64,000 bases of DNA from an uncultured Erysipelotrichaceae bacterium (GCA_902800355.1 CADCEE010000003.1:662-64661), one strand, 5' to 3'; shown: positions 1 through 10,620, counted from the first letter of the stretch. Program-made: numbers and translations. The notes: a model not told the origin generated them from the sequence alone.

Positions 1-1
1 A

Positions 2-1201
2 GATCCTAATGCCTCCTTTAAAAAAGAAGGCGACGCGTTTATTGATGAACTCAATAATGAACTTTTTGATAAAGATTATGAATTAGTGGAAAATGATAGT
101 TCCGCTTTATTTAATGTGATATTTATTGAAACTGGTGGAAGTGAACAACACTTCATCAAAATTGAAAAAGAATTACCTCGACCAATTATTTTAATTAGCG
201 ACTGTTTAAATAATTCTTTACCAGCCTGTTTAGAAATTAAGTCTTTCTTATCTAATAATAAAGAAGACTGCATTTTACTATTTGGTAAAGAAAAAGAAAT
301 CGCTAGTGCCATTGTTGAAATCTCCAAAATTGAAATCGCTAAAAGATTTATTAGTGGGGCTAATTTAGGAGTTATTGGCAAACCTAGTGACTGGTTAATT
401 GCCTCATTAGTTGATTATGAAGAGGCTAAAAGAATATATAATGTGAACCTTATTGATATCACCTCTAAAGAACTCAAAATGGAGATTGATAATGGATTAA
501 TTGAAAACATTCCAAATAAGGCAAAATATGAGAAATTAGCGCAAAATAGCGAGGTTTTGACGGGAGCTTTAACGATTTATAGCGGTCTTAAGCGTATTAT
601 TGAGCGTTATAAACTTAAAGGATTTACCCTTAGATGTTTTGATTTAATTGAAGAATATAAGAACACCGCATGCCTTGCTTTAGCGATGCTTAATGATGAA
701 GGGATTATTGCAACTTGCGAAGGCGATGTTCCTAGTATGTTGTCAATGTTAATTATTAAAGCTTGTACTGATAAGGTGTCTTTCCAGGCTAATCCAAGTC
801 GAATCACTTTTGGCGATAAAGATAATGATAATGAAGTCTTATTCGCTCATTGTACTTTACCTTTAAGTATGGCCAATAAAATTGAATTCATGACCCATTT
901 TGAAAGTGGATTAGGAATTGGAGTAAGAGGTGAATTATCCAAAGGAGAAATCACAATCTTCAAATTATCTAGGGACTTAAAGAACTATTTATTAGTTTCT
1001 GGAGAAATTAAAGAAAACTTAAAATTACCAAATTATTGTAGAACCCAAATCTTAGTGAAACTTGAAGATGAGGATCTATATCCATTAATCAATAAAAGTT
1101 ATGGTAACCACGTGATAATTTCTTATGGTGATAATGGCTCAGAAATTATGAATGTTCTTCATTATTTCGCTGAACAAGCAAGCTTACACAATAAGGGTTA
1201 A
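2..1201 (+). CDS. sugar isomerase-like protein (L-fucose/L-arabinose isomerase family-like), 5' end probably outside window
   Basis: The frame is open from nt 2, with no stop before the GTG at 86 used by the ORF track, so the gene probably starts upstream. The central TCEGDVPSM region and overall size resemble FucI-like proteins. The family call is from memory only. Confidence 0.4.
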   Translation, partial: DPNASFKKEGDAFIDELNNELFDKDYELVENDSSALFNVIFIETGGSEQHFIKIEKELPRPIILISDCLNNSLPACLEIKSFLSNNKEDCILLFGKEKEIASAIVEISKIEIAKRFISGANLGVIGKPSDWLIASLVDYEEAKRIYNVNLIDITSKELKMEIDNGLIENIPNKAKYEKLAQNSEVLTGALTIYSGLKRIIERYKLKGFTLRCFDLIEEYKNTACLALAMLNDEGIIATCEGDVPSMLSMLIIKACTDKVSFQANPSRITFGDKDNDNEVLFAHCTLPLSMANKIEFMTHFESGLGIGVRGELSKGEITIFKLSRDLKNYLLVSGEIKENLKLPNYCRTQILVKLEDEDLYPLINKSYGNHVIISYGDNGSEIMNVLHYFAEQASLHNKG

Positions 1202-1202
1202 C

Positions 1203-1231
1203 TTGACATAATTATATTACCTATGTAGAAT
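1203..1231 (+). promoter_or_regulatory. sigma-A type promoter upstream of yloV
   Basis: TTGACA (1203-1208), 17-nt spacer, TAGAAT (1226-1231). Confidence 0.55.
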
Positions 1232-1273
1232 ACTCGTAGGTTTATATAAACCTAAAAAGTATACATTTAATTT

Positions 1274-2974
1274 ATGAAAACAATAGATGGTCTTACATTA
1301 AAGAAATTCTTGATAAGCGCCAGTAACAATTTATTCAATCATTATCCAGAAGTGGATGCTTTAAACGTCTTCCCTGTTCCTGATGGTGATACTGGTATTA
1401 ACATGAATCTCACTATGACTAGTGGGGCTAATGAGATTAACGGTATTAATGAAAATAATGCTTTTCTTATTGCTAAAACTTTCTCGCGCGGCTTATTAAT
1501 GGGCGCTAGAGGAAATTCTGGCGTTATTACTTCTCAAATCTTTAGGGGCTTCTCTAGCGTATTAGAAGGGGTAGAAGAAATTGATTGCTTCTTATTAGCG
1601 CAAGCTTTTAAAGCTGGTAGTGAAACTGCTTATAAAGCAGTTATGAGACCAGTTGAAGGTACAATTCTTACTGTTATTAGAGAATCTAGCGCTGCTTTAA
1701 ATCAAAAAGTTAAAGAAGGAATGTCGATTGAAAAGACACTCGAAATTTTACTTCAAGAAGCTAATGCTTCTTTAAATAGAACCCCAGAATTATTACCAAT
1801 TTTAAAAGAAGTTGGTGTTGTTGATAGTGGCGGTACTGGCTTAGTGAGAATCATTGAAGGTATGTATCTTGCTAGTATTGGTCAAGAAGTATCTAGAGAT
1901 GATAAAAATGTTTCCGCTGGAGCGATTGCTTCCGCTGCCGCTACTGCTATGGAAGAAGAGGAATTTGGATACTGCACTGAATTCATTATGTCTTTAGGTC
2001 CAGATTCTGTTAAAAAGATTTTTAATCAATCTAGATTTACTAACTGGCTTAATTCACACGGACAATCTTTAGTAGTTGTTAAAGATGATGACATCGTTAA
2101 AGTTCATGTTCATACTTTAACTCCTGGAGAAATTCTTAACTATGCTCAACAGTATGGTGAATTCTTAAAACTGAAGATTGAAAATATGACTGAACAACAT
2201 CACGCTTTAGCAGATGGAGCGGATGTTAAGCCTCATGTTGATTTAGTTTCTGAAATAGAGGCTACACCAAAAGCAAAAGAAGAAGAACAAGAATTACCAT
2301 CTGAAAAAATCACTAATGCAGTTATCGCTGTTAGTTCTGGAGAAGGTATATCTGCCTATTTTAAAGAATTAGGGGCAACTTATATTGTAAGTGGTGGACA
2401 AACCATGAATCCATCTAGTGAAGATTTCTTATCTGCGATTAGAAAGATTAACGCGGAAAATATCTTTATCTTACCAAATAACTCCAATATTGTTATGGCG
2501 GCATCTCAAGCTGCTGATATTGCTTCTGAAGAAGGTAAAAACGTCTTTGTAATTCCAAGTAAAACTATTCCTCAAGGAATAGTGGCTATGATGTCACTTG
2601 ATCAAGACACTGACCCAGAAGAAAATATGCGTAATATGAGATATTCACTTAAAAACGTGAAATCTGGAGAAGTGACGTTCTCTATTAGAGACTGCGAACT
2701 TAATGGCATTAGAATCCAAAAAGATGATTATATTGGAATCTATGAAAAAGAAATCGTTGTTGGTGTTAAAGATAAATTCACTGCTTTAGTGGAATTAGTG
2801 GATAAGATGATTGATGAAGAAAGCGCAATTCTTACCATCTTCTTAGGAGCGGACGTTAAACGAGAAGACTTCGTTAGTTCTAAAAAAGCTATTGAGGAAA
2901 AATATCCAGATCTTAATATTGATGTTAAAGACGGTAAACAAAACGTCTACTCATTCTTAATAAGTGTTGAATAG
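1274..2974 (+). CDS. yloV: DAK2 domain fusion protein YloV
   Basis: N-terminal Dak phosphatase-like motif VFPVPDGDTGINM. Length 566 aa. Sits directly upstream of recG as in Bacillus. Confidence 0.85.
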   Translation: MKTIDGLTLKKFLISASNNLFNHYPEVDALNVFPVPDGDTGINMNLTMTSGANEINGINENNAFLIAKTFSRGLLMGARGNSGVITSQIFRGFSSVLEGVEEIDCFLLAQAFKAGSETAYKAVMRPVEGTILTVIRESSAALNQKVKEGMSIEKTLEILLQEANASLNRTPELLPILKEVGVVDSGGTGLVRIIEGMYLASIGQEVSRDDKNVSAGAIASAAATAMEEEEFGYCTEFIMSLGPDSVKKIFNQSRFTNWLNSHGQSLVVVKDDDIVKVHVHTLTPGEILNYAQQYGEFLKLKIENMTEQHHALADGADVKPHVDLVSEIEATPKAKEEEQELPSEKITNAVIAVSSGEGISAYFKELGATYIVSGGQTMNPSSEDFLSAIRKINAENIFILPNNSNIVMAASQAADIASEEGKNVFVIPSKTIPQGIVAMMSLDQDTDPEENMRNMRYSLKNVKSGEVTFSIRDCELNGIRIQKDDYIGIYEKEIVVGVKDKFTALVELVDKMIDEESAILTIFLGADVKREDFVSSKKAIEEKYPDLNIDVKDGKQNVYSFLISVE

Positions 2975-2999
2975 CAATCGTCTGATTGCTATTTTATTT
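2972..2999 (+). terminator. intrinsic terminator-like hairpin after yloV
   Basis: tagcaatc/gattgcta 8-bp stem with loop gtct, followed by ttttattta. Confidence 0.55.
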
Positions 3000-3001
3000 A
3001 T

Positions 3002-4999
3002 ATGGGCGAGAAATTATCATCTTCTAAAAGAATGAATTACCTTCTTGGCAAGATGGGTATTTTTTTTTTTTTTTTTGTTTTATATCACCTACCTAAACGA
3101 TATGATGATTTTTCTTTAACTCATGAAAGACATTTAGTAGATAAAGAAAAAGTAACAATATATGCGAAAGTGGTGACTACTCCTAAAAAAGTATTAGCTA
3201 GAAAAACCACAATTGTGACCTTTGACGTTTTAACAGATACAAATACTTATTTTAAAGTAATTGCCTATAATAGACCCTATCTAACTAAGTCGGTGACTAT
3301 TAATGAATATTACACAATTACAGGTAGTTATGATAAATCTCGTAACTCCCTTAATTTAATTAATTTTGTAAAAGGAAAAATTGAAGATAATAAGGTTTTA
3401 AAGCCTGTTTATATTCTCCCTAAGGATTTAGCTAATAAAGACTATATTACTTTAGTAAATCGCTGTTTAGAGGCAGTTAAAGGGCATATACCAAGTCTAG
3501 TTCCTTATTCGCTTAGAGAAAAATACCGTTTATGTAATAAAGAATACGCTTTAAGAAAGGCTCATCAACCTCATAACTATGAAGATATTCATCAAGCATA
3601 CCGCTATTTAAAATATGAAGAAGCTTTAGAATTCTCTTTAAAGAATCAACTAATTAAAGAAGAGAATAAATCCCTTCAAAAAGTAAAAAAAGAACCGATT
3701 GATTTATCGAGCTGTGAAGAGTTTATTTCTTCTTTACCATATAAATTAACTGAAGATCAAATAGTAGCCTCTAAAGAGATTATTGAAGATATGAATCAGT
3801 CTTCTTTGATGTATCGCTTACTACAAGGTGATGTTGGCACTGGAAAGACACTAGTGTCTTTTATTGCTTTATTTGCTAATTTTAAAAGAGGAGATCAAGG
3901 AGCTTTAATGGCCCCAACTGACGCTCTAGCTAGACAACATTATGAAAACGCTAAAAAGTTATTTAAAGAAACTAAACTAAGAATTGTTTTGCTGGTAGGT
4001 TCAACGCCGTTAAGTGAAAAAAGAAGAATTTATGATGATATAGAAGAAGGCTTAGTAGATATAGTTATTGGTACACATGCTTTATTTGCAAAAGCCGTTA
4101 AATATAATTCTTTAGGATTAGTGATTATTGATGAACAACATCGCTTTGGCGTTAACCAAAGAAAAGCGCTTATGGATAAAGGTGAACATGCAGATTTACT
4201 GATGATGTCTGCTACTCCAATTCCACGTTCTTTAGCTTTGTCAATTTATGGTGATTTAGAGATATCAACTCTATATATGTTCCCTAATGTTAAAAGGGAC
4301 GTTTCTACAAAAATTGTTGATTCGGAAGATAGTAAAATCTTTGAATTTGTTGATAAAGCATTAGCAAAAAATCAGAAGGTTTATATAGTCGCTCCACTTA
4401 TCGAGTTTAGTGAAAATGATAAGTACTCAGTAGAGAAGTTATTTGCTCGATATTTGCTACGTTATAAGGAAAAAGTAGGGCTTTTGCACGGAAAAATGAA
4501 GCAAAATGAGAAAGAAGATGTATTAGATAGGTTCTCTAATGGGAACATTGATATCTTAGTTTCCACTCAAGTTATTGAAGTAGGAATTGATGTTAAAAGT
4601 GCGACCGTTATGGTTATTTATGACCCGAATAATTTTGGTCTAGCATCTTTACATCAATTAAGAGGAAGAATTGGTCGAGACGGCACTAAATCTATATGTT
4701 TATTAGCTATTGATGATTTAGAAGATAAAGAGAAATTAGAAATATTAACAACTAGTAATGACGGCTTTGAAATTGCTGAAAAAGATTTAGCGTTACGTGG
4801 TCCTGGAGAACTAGTGGGAATTAAGCAATCTGGTATTCCCGATTTTAGATATTTAAATATGATTGATGATATTAAAATCTTTGTGGTCGCAAGAGACGAC
4901 GCTAGAAAAATAATCGCTAATAAAAATAACGAAGAATATCGTTACTTATTAGCTCATTGTTCAAAGAGTATAGAATATAATCCTATAATTAAGGTATAA
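3002..4999 (+). CDS. recG: ATP-dependent DNA helicase RecG
   Basis: YHLPKRYDD N-terminal motif. Helicase motifs GDVGTGKT, IIDEQHRFG, MSATPIPRS, QLRGRIGR. Contains an in-frame T17 tract at 3060-3076. Confidence 0.9.
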   Translation: MGEKLSSSKRMNYLLGKMGIFFFFFVLYHLPKRYDDFSLTHERHLVDKEKVTIYAKVVTTPKKVLARKTTIVTFDVLTDTNTYFKVIAYNRPYLTKSVTINEYYTITGSYDKSRNSLNLINFVKGKIEDNKVLKPVYILPKDLANKDYITLVNRCLEAVKGHIPSLVPYSLREKYRLCNKEYALRKAHQPHNYEDIHQAYRYLKYEEALEFSLKNQLIKEENKSLQKVKKEPIDLSSCEEFISSLPYKLTEDQIVASKEIIEDMNQSSLMYRLLQGDVGTGKTLVSFIALFANFKRGDQGALMAPTDALARQHYENAKKLFKETKLRIVLLVGSTPLSEKRRIYDDIEEGLVDIVIGTHALFAKAVKYNSLGLVIIDEQHRFGVNQRKALMDKGEHADLLMMSATPIPRSLALSIYGDLEISTLYMFPNVKRDVSTKIVDSEDSKIFEFVDKALAKNQKVYIVAPLIEFSENDKYSVEKLFARYLLRYKEKVGLLHGKMKQNEKEDVLDRFSNGNIDILVSTQVIEVGIDVKSATVMVIYDPNNFGLASLHQLRGRIGRDGTKSICLLAIDDLEDKEKLEILTTSNDGFEIAEKDLALRGPGELVGIKQSGIPDFRYLNMIDDIKIFVVARDDARKIIANKNNEEYRYLLAHCSKSIEYNPIIKV

Positions 5000-5053
5000 T
5001 ACATATTATTGTGAGTATAAATTTTTAATTTAGAAGAAGAATAAGGAATTATT

Positions 5054-6025
5054 ATGATTAGAATTGGTATTGATTGTACTGGTGGAGATAACGGTTATGC
5101 CGTTATTGTTCCTGCCATTAAAAATTTCAAAGAAAAGAATAAGGAAGTTGAGTTTATTGCCTTTGGCAATGAAAAAGATTTAATAGATCTTAAAGGAGTA
5201 TGTGAAGTTGTTCACGCTCCTGATGTTGTTCCTATGGAAGCCGGACCTCTTGAAGCGATGAGAATGAAAGAGTCCTCTATTTATAAGATGTGTCAATATG
5301 CTAAAGAAGGAAAAATTGATGCTATGGTTTCTGCTGGATCTACTGGTGGATTCTTATCTTTATCAACTTTAATTCTTAAAACTATTGAAGGAGTTCATAG
5401 AGCAGCATTTATCGCTCCTTTCCCAACTAAGATTAAAGGTAAGAAAGTCGTTATTCTTGATATTGGAGCAAGCAATGAAAATTCTCCTGAGGAATTAGCC
5501 CAATTCGCTGTCATTGGTTCTTTATATTCTAAATATATTTTGGGAGTGGAAAATCCTTCTGTTTGCTTATTAAGCAATGGTACTGAAGAAGGCAAAGGTT
5601 CTCCAAGTGGGAAATTAGCTTATAAATTACTTAAAGATAAACCATATTTTAAAGGTAATATCGAAGCTAGAAACGCTCTTAGCGGAGAATGCGATGTCGT
5701 AGTTTGTGATGGCTTTACTGGCAACACCTTCTTAAAGAGTAGTGAAGGTATGGCAAAAATGATGTCTAATATGATTAAAGCTGCCTTTAAACGTAACTTA
5801 TTCTCTAAACTCGGATATCTATTTGTTAGAAAAGGAATTAAAGAGATGTCAGAGACCATGGACTATAAGTCCACCGGCGGAGCAATGCTACTTGGAATTA
5901 ATGGAGTGGTTGTAAAGGCCCACGGTAGTTCTGATAGTTACGCTTTTGAATGTGCTATTAATGTTGCTTATAAACTCGTACAAGAAAATATTATTGAAAA
6001 GATTAAGGAGGGAATTAAAGAATAA
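5054..6025 (+). CDS. plsX: phosphate acyltransferase PlsX
   Basis: IGIDCTGGDNG N-terminus, VCDGFTGN motif, conserved recG-plsX-rnc synteny. Confidence 0.92.
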   Translation: MIRIGIDCTGGDNGYAVIVPAIKNFKEKNKEVEFIAFGNEKDLIDLKGVCEVVHAPDVVPMEAGPLEAMRMKESSIYKMCQYAKEGKIDAMVSAGSTGGFLSLSTLILKTIEGVHRAAFIAPFPTKIKGKKVVILDIGASNENSPEELAQFAVIGSLYSKYILGVENPSVCLLSNGTEEGKGSPSGKLAYKLLKDKPYFKGNIEARNALSGECDVVVCDGFTGNTFLKSSEGMAKMMSNMIKAAFKRNLFSKLGYLFVRKGIKEMSETMDYKSTGGAMLLGINGVVVKAHGSSDSYAFECAINVAYKLVQENIIEKIKEGIKE

Positions 6026-6705
6026 TGGAATTATTAGATTTATTAAGTTCCTTTGAAATTAATCCTTGTGATATTGCTTATTACGAACTTGCTTTAACTC
6101 ACCCTTCTTGTAATTCAGATTTAAACACTAAACATCAAGATTATGAAAGGTTAGAGTTTGTTGGTGATTCAGTGATCGGTTTTGTTTCTGCTGATTTAAT
6201 TTATAAATTACACCCAGAGATGGACCAAGGCTATATGTCTAAACTTAGATCTTATTTAGTATGTTCTAAATCTTTAGCTAATTATTCTAGAAAATATAAC
6301 TTATACGAATTAATTCGTATTGGTCACTCTATTACTAGAGAGCAATTAGCGAAAAGTGACAAAATTCTGGAAGATGTTTTTGAAGCTTTTGTAGGTGCGA
6401 TTTATTTAGACCAAGGAATTGATATCGCTTACAAAGTCATTGAAAAAATCCTTTATGAAGATGTTAAACAAACTAATATAGATGACATTATTGATGCCAA
6501 AACAAGATTGCAAGAAGAAATTCAATCTGAATATCGTGAAGCGGTTAGATATGAATTAATTGATGAATTTGGTCCACCACATGATAGAACTTTTGTTTCT
6601 CAAGTGATGTTCAACGGATTAATTTTAGGTAAAGGACAAGGCAAATCTAAGAAAGCCGCAGAAGAAGCAGCTGCAAAAGATGCTTTAAGTAAAAGGAGTC
6701 TATAA
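6025..6705 (+). CDS. rnc: ribonuclease III
   Basis: RNase III signature ERLEFVGDSV plus a C-terminal dsRBD (GKSKKAAEEAAAKDAL). Confidence 0.93.
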   Translation: MELLDLLSSFEINPCDIAYYELALTHPSCNSDLNTKHQDYERLEFVGDSVIGFVSADLIYKLHPEMDQGYMSKLRSYLVCSKSLANYSRKYNLYELIRIGHSITREQLAKSDKILEDVFEAFVGAIYLDQGIDIAYKVIEKILYEDVKQTNIDDIIDAKTRLQEEIQSEYREAVRYELIDEFGPPHDRTFVSQVMFNGLILGKGQGKSKKAAEEAAAKDALSKRSL

Positions 6706-7691
6706 TGGGATTATTATCTTTTTTAAAAGATAAATTTTCTAAAAAGAAAGACACTAACGTTGATTCTTATTCCGAGGGAATGAGCAAATCACGTCAGAAT
6801 TTTTCTAATAGACTTAATGAATTAAGTAAGAAATATAAGAAAGTTAATCAAGACTATTTTGAAGAACTTGAAGAAATCTTAATTGAAAGTGATGTTGGTG
6901 TTAATTTAACTTTAAAAGTTATTGATGAGCTTCTTCAAGAAAGCCGTGAAAAGAAGATATCTGATGCTGATGAGTTAAACGAATTATTAATTGATCATTT
7001 ATTTAGTGGCTATATGGCTAAAGGTGAATCTTTAACTGATATTCGTTTTGTAGAAAATGGACCAACTGTGTTACTTGTTGTCGGTGTTAATGGAGTTGGT
7101 AAAACTACCACAATCGCTAAACTTGCAAATCGATATATTGAACAGGGCAAATCTGTTTTATTAGTTGCGGCAGATACTTTTAGAGCAGGGGCAAGCGAAC
7201 AATTACAAATCTGGGGCAATAGATTAAATATTAATGTAGTTACTGGACCATATAATTCTGATCCAAGTTCAGTTGCTTATGATGGTCTTAGCACAGCTAA
7301 GAAAGATAATATTGATTTAGTTATCGTTGATGTTTCTGGAAGATTACATAATAAACAATATTTAATGGATGAATTATCTAAATTAAAACGTGTTATTAAT
7401 AAATGTATTCCAGGTGCACCTCATGAGACTTTCTTAATTATTGATGCGACTACTGGTCAAAACGGCGTTGTTCAGGCAAAAGCATTTGCCGAAGTTACTG
7501 ACTTAACTGGGGTTGTTATTACTAAAATGGATGGCACTTCTAAAGGCGGTATCATTTTGGCTATTAGAGAAGAACTTGGTGTTCCAGTTAGATTTATTGG
7601 CTTAGGCGAAAAGATGACTGACTTAAAAGAATTTGATCTCGAAAGTTATATTTACGGGTTATGTGTAGGAGATAAAAATGGAGAAGATTGA
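6705..7691 (+). CDS. ftsY: signal recognition particle receptor FtsY
   Basis: GVNGVGKTTT P-loop, AADTFRAGA, DVSGR, TKMDGTSKGG. Confidence 0.93.
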   Translation: MGLLSFLKDKFSKKKDTNVDSYSEGMSKSRQNFSNRLNELSKKYKKVNQDYFEELEEILIESDVGVNLTLKVIDELLQESREKKISDADELNELLIDHLFSGYMAKGESLTDIRFVENGPTVLLVVGVNGVGKTTTIAKLANRYIEQGKSVLLVAADTFRAGASEQLQIWGNRLNINVVTGPYNSDPSSVAYDGLSTAKKDNIDLVIVDVSGRLHNKQYLMDELSKLKRVINKCIPGAPHETFLIIDATTGQNGVVQAKAFAEVTDLTGVVITKMDGTSKGGIILAIREELGVPVRFIGLGEKMTDLKEFDLESYIYGLCVGDKNGED

Positions 7692-8013
7692 GCAAACAGT
7701 TCGATACGTTAAACTCTATAATATCTACAAAGATTTTCTAACCCACAAACAATTAGAAGTATTTGGAGATTATTTTTTAGCTGACTTATCATTAAGCGAG
7801 ATTGCTGAATCTAGAAATATATCTAGAGCAGCGGTTGAAGACGCTATAAAAAAGTCTTGTCAAAAATTAGATGAATGTGAGGCTAAAGTGCACTTATTAG
7901 AGAAGAGCGACAAACTACTTAAATTATCGTCAAAACTTAAAGAAAAATGCCTCAATACTACCGAATTTAAAGAAATTGAAGAATTAGAAAAGGAGTTAGA
8001 TTATGGCATTTGA
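7678..8013 (+). CDS. ylxM: YlxM/UPF0122 putative DNA-binding protein
   Basis: Small HTH protein (LSLSEIAESRNISRAAVEDAIKK) located between ftsY and ffh, as in Firmicutes. Confidence 0.8.
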   Translation: MEKIEQTVRYVKLYNIYKDFLTHKQLEVFGDYFLADLSLSEIAESRNISRAAVEDAIKKSCQKLDECEAKVHLLEKSDKLLKLSSKLKEKCLNTTEFKEIEELEKELDYGI

Positions 8014-9344
8014 GAATCTAACTGAAAAGCTATCTAGAATATTTAAAAAGATACGTGGTCAAGCTCGTTTAACTGAGTCCAATATGGACGAAATGTTGAA
8101 GGAAATTCGCGTTGCTCTTTTAGAAGCAGATGTAAACTACAAAGTCGTTAAAGAATTTATTAACAATGTTAAGGAAAAAGCTATTGGCCAAGAGGTTTAC
8201 ACTAAGTTAAATCCTAGTCAAATGATTACCAAGATTGTTCATGATGAATTAGAGACTCTTCTTGGTGGTGGTGAAAATGAAATTAAATATCAAGCTAATA
8301 AACCAACTGTGATCTTACTTGTTGGTTTACAAGGTAGTGGTAAAACAACCACTGCTGGTAAGCTTGCATATTTAATGAAGAATAAGCTTCATAAGAAAGT
8401 ATTATTGGCTGCAGGCGATATCTATAGGCCTGCCGCTATTGATCAATTAGAGCAAATTGCTAAATCAATTGATGTTCCTTTATTTAAGAAGGGTACTGAT
8501 GTATCTCCAGTTGAAATATCAAAAGAAGCTAAAGCTTTGGCTTTTAATGATCATTATGATGTTTTAATTATCGATACCGCCGGTAGAATTGCAATTGATG
8601 AAGCCTTAATGGAAGAGCTTAATCAAATTAAAAAAGTAGTGGATTTTACTCCTTGTTGATGCAATGAGCGGTCAAGATGCAGTGAATGTTGCTAAAGCAT
8701 TTAATGACTCATTGTCATTAACTGGTGTTATTATTTCAAAATTAGATGGTGATGCGCGTGGTGGTTCTGCTTTAAGTATTAGACACATGACTGGAGTACC
8801 TATTAAGTTCTCTGGTGTTGGTGAAAAAGTATCTGATTTAGATATCTTCCATGCTGATAGAATGGCAGATCGTATCTTGGGCATGGGAGATGTCATGACT
8901 CTTGTAGAAAAGGTACAAGAAGAAGTGGATGAAAAAGAAGCTAAAAAAGCCGCTAATAAGATGATGAGCGGTAAATTTGGCTTAGATGATATGCTCGCTC
9001 AGATGAGGCAAGTTCAAAAACTAGGCTCATTAGGTGGATTGTTGAAACTAATTCCAGGTATGCCAAAGATTTCTCCTGAGCAACAAGCAATTGCCGAAAA
9101 AGAAATGCGTAATTTTGAAATTATTATAAATTCCATGACTTATGAAGAAAGACACAACCCATCTATTTTTCAATATTCTAGAAAAATAAGAGTGGCTAAT
9201 GGATGTGGCAAACAAGTAAGTGATGTTAATCGTGTCTTAAAGAAATACGAACAAATGAAAGATATGATGAAACAAATGGAGCAATACAAAAAAAGTGGCA
9301 GGATGCCACCAGGAATGCCACCAGGATTTGGTGGAATGAGATAA
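8003..9344 (+). pseudogene. ffh: signal recognition particle protein Ffh, interrupted by a frameshift near 8648-8651
   Basis: ORF 8003-8659 carries the N domain and the first half of the G domain (GLQGSGKTTT, DTAGR). ORF 8664-9344, in a different frame, carries DAMSGQDAVN, SKLDGDARGG and the Met-rich M domain. The downstream frame reads ILLLVDAM immediately after gta gtg g. Confidence 0.85.
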
Positions 9345-9346
9345 GT

Positions 9347-10114
9347 TTATTTAATAAACTTTTTGCCTTTTTCAATAGCAGCAAGTTCCCACTTCGCTGC
9401 TTTTTCTTTGTCTTCATCTAATAATTTTTTATCAGCTTTAGACAAGTTTACTTTTTTAAATAAATCCGGACGAAGCTCTTTTGTAAGATTAAGAGATTTT
9501 TTTCTTCTCCACTTATTAATTGCTTGATGATTTCCAGAATATAAAATGTCAGGAACTTTGTCTCCATTATATTCATATGGTTCAGTGTATTGAGGGTACT
9601 CTAATAAATTCTCGTCAAATGATTCTGATTCAATGCTTTCTTTAGCGATGGCTCCATCTAATAGCCTAATAATAGAGTCAGCGATTGCCATTGAGCCAAT
9701 TTCGCCACCAGTTAATATATAGTCACCGATAGAAATAGATTCATCAACGTATTTATTTACGCGTTCATCTATTCCTTCATAATGTCCACATAGTAGGATA
9801 ATGTGTACTTCTTTTGAAAGTTCTTTTGCTCTTTGCTGATTATAGGTCGTACCTCTTGGAGAAAGCATAATAACTTTTGAATGTTTTTCTTTATGATCAT
9901 TAATGCAATCTACAATTGGTTGACACTTCATAATAAGTCCGGCTCCTCCACCAATTGGAGCGGAGTCGACTCGATGATTTTTATCTTTTGTATAATCTCT
10001 AATATTAACTACTTCTACATCAACTATTTTCTTAGCTATTGCGCGCTTAATAATTGAGTTAGTTAGAAACCCATCAAACATTTCTGGGAATAAAGTTAAA
10101 ATTGTAATTTTCAT
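9347..10114 (-). CDS. trmD: tRNA (guanine37-N1)-methyltransferase TrmD
   Basis: Motifs MLSPRG, LLCGHYEGIDERV, ILTGGE. Confidence 0.93.
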   Translation of the reverse strand: MKITILTLFPEMFDGFLTNSIIKRAIAKKIVDVEVVNIRDYTKDKNHRVDSAPIGGGAGLIMKCQPIVDCINDHKEKHSKVIMLSPRGTTYNQQRAKELSKEVHIILLCGHYEGIDERVNKYVDESISIGDYILTGGEIGSMAIADSIIRLLDGAIAKESIESESFDENLLEYPQYTEPYEYNGDKVPDILYSGNHQAINKWRRKKSLNLTKELRPDLFKKVNLSKADKKLLDEDKEKAAKWELAAIEKGKKFIK

Positions 10115-10620
10115 AGCAATCCCTCAATAATTTCTATCAAAATCCGCTTATTTTCGATATCAACAGACTTGATAAACTGTTTTACAAAAGGCACAAAGAA
10201 GTCTCCTTTTCCTTTACGAGCAACTCTGAGGGTAAGTTGGGCAGGATATTCTTCAACTTCTTTAACTATACCTAATAAATTATTATCTTTATCAACAACG
10301 TTACATCCTTTTAAATCTGAGTAGAAATACATCCCTTTTTCTAAAGATATTTCATCCTTAATAGCATGTATTTCATATCCTTTTAATAGTTTAACTTCTT
10401 CAGGCGTATTTATCTCTTCTACCTTAAGAAAATCAAATGGTCCGTTTTGTCGATATTTGATAACTTTTAGTTCTTTTCTTTCGTTAGTTTGTGGGTTATA
10501 CAAAAACACTGTAGCGCCTGCCTTATATCTTTTAGATTGATTTGAGGTAGTGCTATAGATTTTTATGGTGCCATCTAGGCCAAATGAATCTTTGATAACT
10601 CCTAAACTAACGTATTCCAT
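10111..10620 (-). CDS. rimM: 16S rRNA processing protein RimM
   Basis: GVIKDSFGLDG N-terminus, C-terminal PRC-barrel-like region, synteny with trmD. Confidence 0.88.
   Translation of the reverse strand: MEYVSLGVIKDSFGLDGTIKIYSTTSNQSKRYKAGATVFLYNPQTNERKELKVIKYRQNGPFDFLKVEEINTPEEVKLLKGYEIHAIKDEISLEKGMYFYSDLKGCNVVDKDNNLLGIVKEVEEYPAQLTLRVARKGKGDFFVPFVKQFIKSVDIENKRILIEIIEGLL

Noticed and set aside
9342-9362. The 19-nt palindrome at the ffh/trmD junction as a recombination site that mediated the inversion
   Set aside because: I found no matching inverted copy at the other breakpoint (11189-11416). The palindrome is more simply a shared AT-rich hairpin formed by the two convergent 3' ends.
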